Source: Reyranellaceae bacterium | GTDB lineage: Bacteria > Pseudomonadota > Alphaproteobacteria > Reyranellales > JAQSWP01 | Assembly (NCBI GenBank): GCA_050181585.1 | Contig: JBFXDA010000022.1 | Span: 3,844-67,843 of the forward strand | Reading direction: 5' to 3' | Length of the DNA: 64,000 nt | Shown here: positions 49,008 through 58,310 of the stretch, piece by piece | Layout of the letters: each line of letters begins with the position of its first letter | Numbering within the stretch: position 1 is the first letter of the stretch | Notes under the pieces: generated by a model | Told to the model about the DNA's origin: nothing | The model's database searches: none | What the model saw: the letters and a program-made list of their open reading frames with translations, nothing else | Program-made: the position numbers and the translations under genes

Positions 49008-49627
49008 AATTTGCCCGCGCCGCCCGGCGTCGTGGCGGTGGGAGAGGCGCCGGCGCGCACCTCGACCGGCGTGCGCGCCAGCCGCGCCAGGATGCGCCGC
49101 CGCCGCCGCGCCGGCCACCAGTCGTAGAGCACCGCTTCCAGCGGCCGCCACATGCCCACCCAGCCGACGATCAGCAGGCCTTCCGCCAGCCACTCAACGA
49201 CGCCACTGTCCTGCAGGCTGAGCAGCGCCTGGCGCGCGCCCAGGCACAGGCCCAGGAACACCAGCCCGGCCAGCAGGATCAGCCGCGCCTCGCGCAGCTC
49301 CAGCCGCAGCTCGCGCTGGGCCATGCGCTCGCCGTGGGCGAAGTAGTTCTGCACGATCTGCGGCAGGTTATGCGCGGGCTCGCTGGCGGCTTCGTCGGCC
49401 GGCAGCCAGATCACCAGCTTCAGCGGCGCGTCGCCGGGCAGTTCGCGCACGGCGCCGACGATGAAGGCTTCCGCCTCGGCGTCGAGATCCTTGCTGTGGA
49501 ACGGCGCCGGGTCGAGCGAGTTGAAGAGCTGCCGCACCGAATCGAGCGCGATCTCGATCAGCACGTGGCCGTCCTCCCGGCGATAGGGGAAAACGGTGTC
49601 CGATATCGGTCGGCTGGGCTGCGTCAT
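49004..49627 (-). CDS. Conserved hypothetical membrane protein
   Basis: QLFNSLDPAPF..KDLD and EGLLIVGWVGMWRPLE..LYDW; two TM helices. Confidence 0.7.
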   Translation of the reverse strand: MTQPSRPISDTVFPYRREDGHVLIEIALDSVRQLFNSLDPAPFHSKDLDAEAEAFIVGAVRELPGDAPLKLVIWLPADEAASEPAHNLPQIVQNYFAHGERMAQRELRLELREARLILLAGLVFLGLCLGARQALLSLQDSGVVEWLAEGLLIVGWVGMWRPLEAVLYDWWPARRRRRILARLARTPVEVRAGASPTATTPGGAGKF

Positions 49628-49658
49628 GCGGCCATCCTAGCCGCTGGCCGGGCCCGGT

Positions 49659-50570
49659 CTAGCTCGCCGCCTTGCGCGTGAGGGCGATGCCGGCCAGCAC
49701 CGAGGCGGCGCCGATCCAGCGCGCCAGGGTCATGTGCTCGCCCAGGAACAGCACGGCGATGCCAATGGCGAACAGCGGCACCATGTACATGTAGATCATG
49801 GTGCGGGTGATGCCCAGCCGCACCAGCCCGATGTTCCACAGCGCCAGGGCCAGGGCGGCGCTGAACAGGGCGGTGTAGAGGAATTTCGCCCACACCAGCG
49901 GCGTCACCTGGCCCCACGCCGTGTCGCCGCCCGACCACAGCGCCACCGGCGCCATCATCAGCGACGCCGCGACGATGACCCAGGCGAACATGCGCGTGGC
50001 GCCGAGCTGCGCCACCAGCGGCGGCGACTTGGCCACGAAGAAGGCCCAGAGAAAGGCGATCAGTAGCCACAGCAGGCTGACGGCCAGCGAATCGAAATCG
50101 ACCGTGACGGCGTGCAGCGAGTTGTTGATGACCAGCGCCACGCCGAGGAAGGCCAGCGCGATGCCGAGCCAGCCGAGTGGCTTCAGGCGTTCGCCGCCCA
50201 GCGTCGCCAGCAGCGTGCCCCACAGCGGCGAGGTCGCCATGAAGATGGCGCCCACCGAGGCGTTGGTCCGGCTCAACAGATAGGCCCAGATCAACTGGAA
50301 GAAGGCGAAGACCGCCGCGCACAGCAGCAGCAGCCCGATATCGGCGCCCGCCACCCGCAAACGGCGCTGGCGCAGGCCCATCCAGCCGAACAGCACCAGC
50401 CCGGCCAGGCCGTAGCGGGCGGCGGCGAACAGCGCCGGATCGACGATCGGCAGGATCGACTTGGCGACCGGAAAGGAGGAGCCGAACAGGAAGGCCGTCA
50501 GCAGCATGATCGCATCGCCCGCGCCGACCGGCGCGTTGGGCGGCGATGCCACGTTCAGGTTTTCAGCCAT
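49659..50570 (-). CDS. DMT/EamA family transporter
   Basis: About 10 TM helices in two repeats; VLFLGE motif. Confidence 0.85.
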   Translation of the reverse strand: MAENLNVASPPNAPVGAGDAIMLLTAFLFGSSFPVAKSILPIVDPALFAAARYGLAGLVLFGWMGLRQRRLRVAGADIGLLLLCAAVFAFFQLIWAYLLSRTNASVGAIFMATSPLWGTLLATLGGERLKPLGWLGIALAFLGVALVINNSLHAVTVDFDSLAVSLLWLLIAFLWAFFVAKSPPLVAQLGATRMFAWVIVAASLMMAPVALWSGGDTAWGQVTPLVWAKFLYTALFSAALALALWNIGLVRLGITRTMIYMYMVPLFAIGIAVLFLGEHMTLARWIGAASVLAGIALTRKAAS

Positions 50571-50911
50571 TTCGGATTGTTGATCCGCAGCGCTTCTTCG
50601 AGGGAGCGCAGAATATGGGCGCGCAGCGCGGGATCGTCGAGCGGGACTTCGTCCTTGCTGATGCGCGCCACGAGCATGTCGTTCAGCGCCTCGCGATCGC
50701 CCTCGACGCCCAGCAGCGCCGCCAGCCGCCGCCGTTCGGCCTCGTCCAGTGCGGCGCCCTGCTGCAATCCGCGCTGGACGATGCCCAGCACGTTGATCAG
50801 CACCCGCACCTGGAAGCCGTGATAGCCCGACAGCGTCGGCAGCAATTCGCCGCGCAGATAGGCGATGGCCGCCTGCAGCAGGATGTCGTTCGACGGCGTG
50901 CCGCTGGGCAT
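50555..50911 (-). CDS. DUF6285 / LvaB-like small protein
   Basis: 118 aa; YLRGELLPTL..YHGFQVRVLINVLGIVQR...LRINNPKW; coupled to the phosphotransferase stop. Confidence 0.7.
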   Translation of the reverse strand: MPSGTPSNDILLQAAIAYLRGELLPTLSGYHGFQVRVLINVLGIVQRGLQQGAALDEAERRRLAALLGVEGDREALNDMLVARISKDEVPLDDPALRAHILRSLEEALRINNPKWLKT

Positions 50912-51918
50912 CAGTCGCGTCCTTCGATCAGGTTCAGGAAATCGTAGAGCGGCTCCTCGATCCGCCGGCCGATGGCGCATTGCTCCAGGCTGATGCCCTG
51001 GCCGGGCTCGGCGTAGAGCATGCCCTTGCGCAGGCACATCACCGCCCATTTGATCGAGCCGAACGCCTCCCAGAAGCGCACCGCCGCGACGTCGACGCTG
51101 CGGCCGGCTTCGCGCTCGTAGGCGGCGAACAGCGCCTCGCGGCTGCCGAAGCCGCCGGCCGGCTGCGCGCCGCCGAAGCGCCAGGTCTTGACGCAGAACC
51201 AGCCCAGGTCCTGCATCGGATCGCCGCGCTGGCCGATCTCCCAGTCGAGCACGGCGCGGATGCCGTGCTCGGGCGTGGCGATGAGATTGCCGTTGCGGAA
51301 ATCGCCGTGGATCACCCGCGTCTCCTGGCGCTCAGGCACGTTCCGCTCCGCCCAGCGCAGGCCGAACGCCAGGGCGGGCAGGCGCAGCGGGTAGTGCTCC
51401 ACCAGCCGGCGGTAGACGCGCACCTGGTCGGCCGCGTCCTGGCGCGCCAGGAACGGCACGGCGGCCGGATCGATGGCATGGATGCGGGCCAGCATGATGC
51501 CGGCCTGCTCGGTCATCTTCCCGTGCGCGGGAATGAACGCGGGATCGCGCGAAATCTTGGCGCCCAGCGTCTGGCCTTCGACGAATTCGGTGACGTAGCC
51601 GCTGCCCAGCCCGTCCTGCGGTTCCAGGATGCACACGACCTTGGGCACCTGCACGCCGTTGGCGGCGGCGGCCAGCATCAGCCTGGCGTCCGACGCGCCA
51701 TCCAGCCGTGGCGTGGCATCGACCTGCGGATCGGTGTGCTCGCTCACGCTGGTGAGCTGCATGATCAGGCGCTGCTGCCGGCCGCCCGCTTCCGCGGTGA
51801 AGGCATAGGTCGATTTGGTCGCGCCGCCGGTCAGCCGCGCCAGATCGCTCACCGCGACCGCGCGGCCCAGATGGCGCGTCAGCGCCGCCTGGAGCTTTTC
51901 GGACAGCGCCTGGTCCAT
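50911..51918 (-). CDS. APH-family phosphotransferase (LvaA / ACAD10-11 kinase-like)
   Basis: LTGGA, IHGDFRNGN, VLDWE, GDPMQDLGW...WRFG motifs. Confidence 0.85.
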   Translation of the reverse strand: MDQALSEKLQAALTRHLGRAVAVSDLARLTGGATKSTYAFTAEAGGRQQRLIMQLTSVSEHTDPQVDATPRLDGASDARLMLAAAANGVQVPKVVCILEPQDGLGSGYVTEFVEGQTLGAKISRDPAFIPAHGKMTEQAGIMLARIHAIDPAAVPFLARQDAADQVRVYRRLVEHYPLRLPALAFGLRWAERNVPERQETRVIHGDFRNGNLIATPEHGIRAVLDWEIGQRGDPMQDLGWFCVKTWRFGGAQPAGGFGSREALFAAYEREAGRSVDVAAVRFWEAFGSIKWAVMCLRKGMLYAEPGQGISLEQCAIGRRIEEPLYDFLNLIEGRD

Positions 51919-53192
51919 CAGCCGACCGAATTGCGCTTGGGCTTGCCGATGGCGCCGAACAGGTGGCCCGCCACCTTGCGGATCTGGATCTCCTCCGAGC
52001 CCTCGGTGATGCGATAGCGGCGGTGGTGGCGGTAGATGTGCTCGAACGGCTTGTGGCGCGAATAGCCGATGCCGCCATGCACCTGGATGGCGCGGTCGGC
52101 GGCGTCGCACACCAACCGGTTCGCCCGGTAATTGCACATGGAGACCTTGTCGGAGAGATGGATCGCCACCTCCGGCTTGCTCATCTGGTCCATCTCCCAC
52201 GCCGTCTGGCGGATCAGGGCGCGCAGCATGGCCGCCTCGGTGTGCAACTCGGCCAGCGGGAACTGGATCGCCTGGTTGGCCGACAGCGGCTTGCCGAACG
52301 GCTTGCGCTCCTTGGCGTATTTCACGCTCTCCAGAATGCAGAACTGCGCCGCGCCCAGCGACGAGGCGGCCTGGCGGATGCGGTTCTCGTGCACGAAATG
52401 CTGCGCCAGCGCCAGCCCGTCCTCGGGGTCGCCGAGAATGGCCTCGTCCGGCACCCAGACATTGGTCAATGAAATGCGCGGATGATCCGTGGGCATGTTG
52501 AAGGTCCACAGATATTCCTCGACCTTGAAGCCCTCGGCATTGGTCGGCACGATGAAGCAGGTGATGCCCCGGGCGTCGCCGTCCTTGCCCGAGGTGCGGG
52601 CGAAGACGAAATCGTGCGTCGCCTCGTGCAGGCCGGTGTTCCACATCTTCTCGCCGGTGATGCGCCAGCCCTTGCCGTCCTTGACGCCGCGCGTCTCCAT
52701 CCAGGTGGCGTCGGAGCCGTGATTGGGCTCGGTCAGGCCGAAGGAGATGCGCAGCCGGCCTTCCAGGATGCCGGGGATCAGCTTCTTTTGCTCCGGCGTG
52801 CCGAAATCGCGCAGCATCAGCGCCGTCGGCAGGTTGCCGACGATGGAGCTCTCGTTCTGCAGGTCGTTGTGCAGCCCCAGGCCCTTGGCCGCCAGGTGTT
52901 CGCGGATGATGGCCATGGCGAGATTGCTGCCGTCCTTGCCGCCGAATTCCTTGGGCAGGGCGTAGCGGTAATGGCCGGCCTTGTCGGCGCGCCGCTTCAT
53001 CTCGCGCAACAGCTTTTCCCAGTCGTGGCGCGGCAGGCCCTGGTTCTCGAAATCGGTGCGGGCCCATTCGCGGCGATGGTCGAAGAAGCGCTCGTTGTCG
53101 TCCTGCGCCTGTAGCGGCTTGATCTCGCGCTCGATGAACTGGTCGAGCTCGACCAGGTAGGCGGCGATATCGGCCGGTATGCGGAAATCCAT
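51918..53192 (-). CDS. Acyl-CoA dehydrogenase (LvaC-like)
   Basis: FGLTEPNHGSDA, GEKMW, RKPFGKPL, AIQVHGGIG, RITEGSEEI motifs. Confidence 0.92.
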   Translation of the reverse strand: MDFRIPADIAAYLVELDQFIEREIKPLQAQDDNERFFDHRREWARTDFENQGLPRHDWEKLLREMKRRADKAGHYRYALPKEFGGKDGSNLAMAIIREHLAAKGLGLHNDLQNESSIVGNLPTALMLRDFGTPEQKKLIPGILEGRLRISFGLTEPNHGSDATWMETRGVKDGKGWRITGEKMWNTGLHEATHDFVFARTSGKDGDARGITCFIVPTNAEGFKVEEYLWTFNMPTDHPRISLTNVWVPDEAILGDPEDGLALAQHFVHENRIRQAASSLGAAQFCILESVKYAKERKPFGKPLSANQAIQFPLAELHTEAAMLRALIRQTAWEMDQMSKPEVAIHLSDKVSMCNYRANRLVCDAADRAIQVHGGIGYSRHKPFEHIYRHHRRYRITEGSEEIQIRKVAGHLFGAIGKPKRNSVG

Positions 53193-53285
53193 TCTGCGCC
53201 CTCCCGTTATGAACAACCGTTTACCAGAGGCCGGCGAAGGGGGAAAGCGGCGTCGGGTTTGACCGCGCGCGGCGAATGTTCTGCT

Positions 53286-53828
53286 ATGCCGGCCATGGCA
53301 CCGACCCTGCACACCGCGCGCCTCGCTTTGCGCCCCTTCGCGGCGGACGACGCCGACGCCTATGCCGATATCCGCCTGCACGAGAAGGTGGTCGGCTGGC
53401 TGCCGCCGCCGCCCGCCGGCGAGAGCCGGGCGGAGACCGCGGACCGCACCATCAGGCATTTCCAGGATTGCTGGGCACGCCATGGCGTGGGGCCTTGGGC
53501 CGTGTGCGAGCGCGAAAGCGGCCGGCTGGTCGGCCAATGCGGCTTGCGCCATCTCGACGACTTCCAGGGCGTGGAGGTGCTGTGGACCATCGCGCCCGCC
53601 TGCTGGAACCGCGGCTATGCCAGCGAGGCGGCGGCCGAAGCGCTGCGCTTCGGCTTCGAGCAGGTGGGCCTGGCCGAGATTTTCGCCATCACCCTGCCGA
53701 CCAACATCGCCTCGCGCAAGGTGATGGAGAAGATCGGCCTGGGTTACCGCAGGGAAACGGCGTGGAAGGGATTCGACATCGTCTATTACGACATCGACCG
53801 CGCGACATGGCAGAGTAGGCGGCAATGA
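53286..53828 (+). CDS. GNAT N-acetyltransferase (RimJ/RimL-like)
   Basis: LHTARLALRP, WNRGYASEAA, NIASRKVMEKIG; start codon uncertain. Confidence 0.85.
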   Translation: MPAMAPTLHTARLALRPFAADDADAYADIRLHEKVVGWLPPPPAGESRAETADRTIRHFQDCWARHGVGPWAVCERESGRLVGQCGLRHLDDFQGVEVLWTIAPACWNRGYASEAAAEALRFGFEQVGLAEIFAITLPTNIASRKVMEKIGLGYRRETAWKGFDIVYYDIDRATWQSRRQ

Positions 53829-53844
53829 ACCGGGGAGGCGAAGC

Positions 53845-54867
53845 ATGCTGAAGACCACCATCGCGGGCAGCCTGCCCAAGCCGTTCTGGCTGGCGCAGCC
53901 GGAAATGCTGTGGGCGCCCTGGCAGCAGCCGGGCGAGAAACTGGCCGAGGCCAAGCGCGACGCCACGCTGCTGTGGATCAAGGAGCAGGAGATGGCCGGG
54001 CTCGACATCGTTGGCGACGGCGAGCAGTCGCGCCAGCATTTCGTGCACGGCTTCCTGGAGAAGATCGACGGCATCGATTTCCAGAACAAGGTCAAGATGG
54101 GCATCCGCGACAACCGCTACGAGGCGGACGTGCCCACCGTCACCGGCGCGCTCAAGCGCCGGGACAGCGTGCACGGCACGGAAGCCCGCATCCTGCGCGC
54201 CGCCACCGGCTTGCGCACCAAGTTCACCCTGCCCGGGCCGATGACCATCGTCGACACCATCGCCGACCGCCATTACGGCGACCGGGTGAAGATGGCCTTC
54301 GCCTTCGCCGAGCTGCTCAATCAGGAGGCCAGGGAACTGCAGGCGATCGGCATCGACGTGATCCAGTTCGACGAGCCGGCCTTCAACGTCTACATGGACC
54401 AGGTGCGCGAGTGGGGCATCGAGGCGCTGCACAAATGCATCGAGGGGCTGACCTGCACCACCGCGGTCCATATCTGCTACGGCTACGGCATCAAGGCCAA
54501 TCTCGACTGGAAGCAGACCCTGGGCGGCGAGTGGCGCCAGTACCAGGACACGTTCCCGCATCTGGCCAAGAGCCGGCTCGACCAGATCTCGCTGGAATGC
54601 GCCAACTCCAAGGTGCCGATCGACCTGATCGGCCTGCTCAAGGGCAAGGACGTGCTGGTCGGCTGCATCGACGTCGCCTCCGACCAGGTCGAGACCAGGG
54701 AGCAGGTGGCGGCCACCATCCGCAAGGCGATGGAGTTCGTCGCACCGGAGAAGCTCTATCCTTGCACCAATTGCGGCATGGCCCCCATGCGCCGCGACAT
54801 CGCCCGCGCCAAGCTGCACGCGCTGGAGCAGGGCGCGGTGCTGGTGCGCGAGGAGCTGCGGAAGTAG
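53845..54867 (+). CDS. Core (single-barrel) cobalamin-independent methionine synthase, MesD-like
   Basis: AGSLPKP.WLAQP..LW.PW, DGEQSRQHFV, QFDEPAFN, HICYGYGIKAN, PCTNCGM zinc ligands. Confidence 0.85.
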   Translation: MLKTTIAGSLPKPFWLAQPEMLWAPWQQPGEKLAEAKRDATLLWIKEQEMAGLDIVGDGEQSRQHFVHGFLEKIDGIDFQNKVKMGIRDNRYEADVPTVTGALKRRDSVHGTEARILRAATGLRTKFTLPGPMTIVDTIADRHYGDRVKMAFAFAELLNQEARELQAIGIDVIQFDEPAFNVYMDQVREWGIEALHKCIEGLTCTTAVHICYGYGIKANLDWKQTLGGEWRQYQDTFPHLAKSRLDQISLECANSKVPIDLIGLLKGKDVLVGCIDVASDQVETREQVAATIRKAMEFVAPEKLYPCTNCGMAPMRRDIARAKLHALEQGAVLVREELRK

Positions 54868-55443
54868 TGGCTGCTTGTTCCTGTTCCGTCTTGTTCCTAT
54901 GCCGTCTTCTTCCTATTCCGTCTTGGCCCGGCTTGACCGGGCCACCCATGCCGGCTCCAGTTAAAGGCTCCTCGCCCTGAGCTCGTCGAAGGGCGAGGGT
55001 TACGCACATCGCCTGTGACCCTCATGCTTCGACGAGCTCCGCATGAGGTTGGAGAAGCATTGTACCGGTTGAGCCATGGGTCGCCCGGTCGAGCCGGGCG
55101 ATGACGAGTTAGGGGGAGACGGGAGAAGAGCAGGGTGCGGTGCTGGTGCGGGAGGAGCTGCGGAAGCAGTGGCTGCTGCTTCCTGTTCCGTCTTGTTCCT
55201 GTTCCGTCTTCTTCCTATTCCGTCTTCTTCCTATTCCGTCATGGCCCGGCTTGACCGGGCCACCCATGCTGGCTCCAGTTAAAGGCTCCTCGCCCTGAGC
55301 TCGTCGAAGGGCGAGGGTTACGCACATCGCCTGTGAACCTCATGCTTCGCCCGGTTCCGCGTGAGGTTGGAGAAGCATTGCACTGGTCGAGCCATGCGTC
55401 GCCCGGTCGAGCCGGGCGATGACGGGAGTTAGGGGGGACAGGC
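54826..55443. repeat. About 300 bp tandem duplication carrying nested REP elements
   Basis: Units 54826-55127 and 55128-about 55443. Each has the gene 3' end, 16 bp tandem units, and a CGTC doublet (54918-55106; 55236-55425) enclosing a CCTC doublet (54970-55048; 55288-55366). Confidence 0.9.
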
Positions 55444-55444
55444 T

Positions 55445-57331
55445 TTAAACGACCTCATGCCGGATCGAGAAGCCGCCCAGCAAGTCGCCGATCTTCGCTT
55501 TGGCGGCGGCGCGGTCCGCAGCCTTGAGCAGCTTCACCGTCGCCAGCGTGCCGAACTCCTTGTGCGGGCCGACACCGACCTCCGCCTCGATGCCCTCCGC
55601 CCGCAGCGGCTCGAGGATGCGAGCGAAAGTGCGTTGGGCGGCGTCGTGGCGCAGGGTGGGCTTGAAGATCTTGCCGACGCCGGTGGTGGGCATGAGCTCG
55701 AGCAGCACCACCTCGACCGGGGCGGAGGCGCGTTCGGGCACCCGCGTGCGGGCGAATGCCTGCAACTCCTCGCCCGTCACCTTGTGCCCCGGCTTGAGCT
55801 GCACATAGGCCATGGGCAGCTCGCCGGCATGGCGGTCGGGCCGGCCGACGGCGGCGGCCGATTCCACCGCCTCGTGCTGGTGCAGGGTCTCCTCGATCAC
55901 CAGCGGGTCGATGTTGTGGCCGCCGCGGATGATCAGGTCCTTGGCCCGCCCGGTCAGCCAGATGAAGTCGTCGGCGTCGATGCGGCCCAGATCGCCCGAG
56001 TTCAGCCAGCGGCCCTGGTCGGGATCGCCGGCCTCCGCCGCCACCCAGGCGTCGCGGTCATGCGCCGGCGAGACATAGCCCTTGAAGATCTGCGGGCCGC
56101 GCATCAGCACCACGCCCTGTTCGTCGGGGCCGCAGCGGCGCTTGATGCGGTTGCCGTCCAGCTCGGCGACGATCAGTTGCACATAGGGCAGGCGATGGCC
56201 GATCGAGCCGATGCGCGGCTCGCCCAGGCCGGGATTCATCGAGGCGAAACCGTGCGTCTCGGTCATGCCGAAACCCTCGACCACTTTCACGCCCAGCCGC
56301 TTCTGCACCGCCTTGGCCAGCTCGACCGGCATGGGCGAGCCGCCGCAATTGGCCAGCCGGATGGAGGAGATGTCGGCGCCGTCGAACGGCACGTTCATCA
56401 GCGCGCCCCAGACGGTCGGCACCGATCCGACCATGCTGGGCCGGAAGCGCTCGACCAGTTTCCAGAAACCGCCGATTACCAGCGGGTTGCGCATGCCGAG
56501 CGGCGACAGCAGCACGGTGGTGCAGCCATTGGCCATGGGATTGAGCCCGGCGCAGATGGCGCCGCCGACATGGAACAGCGGCAGGCCGTTGAAATAGAGA
56601 TCGTCCGGCCCGGCCAGCAGCCCGTAGCCGTTGGTCAGCGCCCCCATCACCAGCCCGCCCTGGGTGTGCTGCGCCAGCTTGGGCGTGCCGGTGGTGCCGC
56701 CGGTGTGGAACAGGGCGGCCACGTCCTCGAACGCGGTGTGGCGCGGGGCCGGCGGCGCGCTGGCATCGTGCTTGCCGATCTCGTCCTCGTAGCGCAGCGC
56801 GTCCGGGGCCGGCCGGCCGCCGACCACCACGATGTGCCGCAGGGTCGGCACCTTGGCCCGGATGTCGGCCAGCTTGGGCCAGATGTCGGGCACGATGGAA
56901 GGATCGCAGGTGACCAGGATCTTCGCTTTCGCCTCGGCCATGATGCCGACGATCTGGGCTGCTTCCAGGTAGTGGTTGATCGGGTTGGCGATCGCCGCCG
57001 TCTCCGCGCCCCACAGGCAGAAGAAGGTCTCGGGCAGGATCGGCATCACCAGCGAGACGACGTCGTCCGGCCCGGCGCCGAGCGCGCGGAACAGATTGGC
57101 GCTCTGCGTGATGCGCGCGATGAACTGGCGGTAGGTATAGGTGGTGGCGGGATCGTCCGCCGTGCCCTTGGGCAGATAGTGGATGGCGGGCTTGTCCGGG
57201 TGCCGCGCCGCCGTCCGCGTCAGCAGGTCGTAGACGTTGCTGGCGGCGATGCGCTGCCGGTACGGCGTCTTCTCGAATTCCTCGACTTCGGCCAGGCTGG
57301 CGAACGGCATGGGCGCATCCCCGATTTCCAT
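55445..57331 (-). CDS. Acyl-CoA synthetase (AMP-forming)
   Basis: FHTGGTTGTPK, EGFGMTE, SGDLG, GRAKDLIIRGGHNIDP, VGKIFKP; start may be 57310. Confidence 0.9.
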   Translation of the reverse strand: MEIGDAPMPFASLAEVEEFEKTPYRQRIAASNVYDLLTRTAARHPDKPAIHYLPKGTADDPATTYTYRQFIARITQSANLFRALGAGPDDVVSLVMPILPETFFCLWGAETAAIANPINHYLEAAQIVGIMAEAKAKILVTCDPSIVPDIWPKLADIRAKVPTLRHIVVVGGRPAPDALRYEDEIGKHDASAPPAPRHTAFEDVAALFHTGGTTGTPKLAQHTQGGLVMGALTNGYGLLAGPDDLYFNGLPLFHVGGAICAGLNPMANGCTTVLLSPLGMRNPLVIGGFWKLVERFRPSMVGSVPTVWGALMNVPFDGADISSIRLANCGGSPMPVELAKAVQKRLGVKVVEGFGMTETHGFASMNPGLGEPRIGSIGHRLPYVQLIVAELDGNRIKRRCGPDEQGVVLMRGPQIFKGYVSPAHDRDAWVAAEAGDPDQGRWLNSGDLGRIDADDFIWLTGRAKDLIIRGGHNIDPLVIEETLHQHEAVESAAAVGRPDRHAGELPMAYVQLKPGHKVTGEELQAFARTRVPERASAPVEVVLLELMPTTGVGKIFKPTLRHDAAQRTFARILEPLRAEGIEAEVGVGPHKEFGTLATVKLLKAADRAAAKAKIGDLLGGFSIRHEVV

Positions 57332-57395
57332 GAACGGCTGTTCATAGTGATAAGGATGCGGGCGGCTTCGCGCAACCGGCTCTGCCGATCGGCCT

Positions 57396-57533
57396 TAGAG
57401 CGGATCACGATCGGACGGAAGCGCAGACCCTTCCGTCCGATCGTGTGAATCCGCTCTATTCTTTAAAGTTTAGAGCAAATTCACATGTTTTGACGGGATC
57501 GCAAGCGATTCCGTCAAAACATGATTTGCTCTA
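57396..57533. repeat. TAGAGC bipartite palindromic repeat, full copy 2
   Basis: Hairpins 57396-57458 and 57471-57533; homologous to 504-642. Confidence 0.9.
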
Positions 57534-58271
57534 GCGCACGTCGTCGTAGCCGTCGCCGCGGTCGGCGCGGGTCCAGGCGTTGATGGCTTCGACCAGCACC
57601 AGCTCGAGGATGGCGGGATTCTGCGCGTCAGGCTTGAAGCGGATTTCCTCGTAGTCGAAGCCGTTGGCCGCGCCGCGGCCGGCGAAGACGGAGCGGCAGG
57701 AGACGTTGGGCGCCTCCGGCTTCTCCACCTGCACCGACAGGAAGCGGCCCTTCAGCGGCACGCGGCTGGCGAAGCTGGGCGGGTTCTGGCAGCCGCTGAC
57801 CACGATGTAGCTCACCATCGGATCGTAGACCTGCTGCGCCACGTCGATCAGCGTCTGCAACCCCTCGCCCATGGCCAGCACGGAGATGTTGCCCGGCTGC
57901 ACGCCGTTCTCGACCAGCCGCTTGACGCCGGCGGCCATGGTCTTGGCCGTGGCGCGCCGCTCGTGCACGATGCGGAAGCCCTGGCGCTCCAGCGCGGCGT
58001 GGATGCGCTGCGCCTCGCCCGGATCGGGCGCCTTGCTGACGGTGCCGGGCACGGCCAGCAAATAGCGCGCCGCCGGATCGATCAGCACCGGCAGCGGCCG
58101 CTCCGGCGGCGCGCCGGTCACCGCCGCGGCGGGGCTGGCGACGGGCCGGTCCTGGCACAGGGCGGGAACGGCAAGCGCGGCGAGGGCAAGGGCTGTGCCA
58201 GCGACGGCGAGCAGGGAACGAAGCGAAGCGAAAACCATGGCGACCAGCCTTTGTCGAAGACGCGCGGCCAT
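57531..58271 (-). CDS. Hypothetical exported protein (possibly degenerate alpha/beta hydrolase fold)
   Basis: Signal-like N-terminus (likely start ATG 58238); GVKRLVENGVQPGNISVL pattern lacking a GxSxG motif. Confidence 0.55.
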   Translation of the reverse strand: MAARLRQRLVAMVFASLRSLLAVAGTALALAALAVPALCQDRPVASPAAAVTGAPPERPLPVLIDPAARYLLAVPGTVSKAPDPGEAQRIHAALERQGFRIVHERRATAKTMAAGVKRLVENGVQPGNISVLAMGEGLQTLIDVAQQVYDPMVSYIVVSGCQNPPSFASRVPLKGRFLSVQVEKPEAPNVSCRSVFAGRGAANGFDYEEIRFKPDAQNPAILELVLVEAINAWTRADRGDGYDDVR

Positions 58272-58310
58272 CGGCGGCCGGCGGCGGAAAGGGCGCGGAC
58301 CCTAAAGGAA

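Noticed and set aside
50911-53192. Possible ACAD10/11-type kinase-dehydrogenase fusion suggested by the 718 and 731 aa ORFs
   Set aside because: The two domains are in different frames with a TGATG stop/start overlap at 51916-51920; the ORF extensions are spurious.
54826-55443. Possible CRISPR array
   Set aside because: Units are REP doublets and contiguous 16-mers with no unique spacers; no cas genes in the window.
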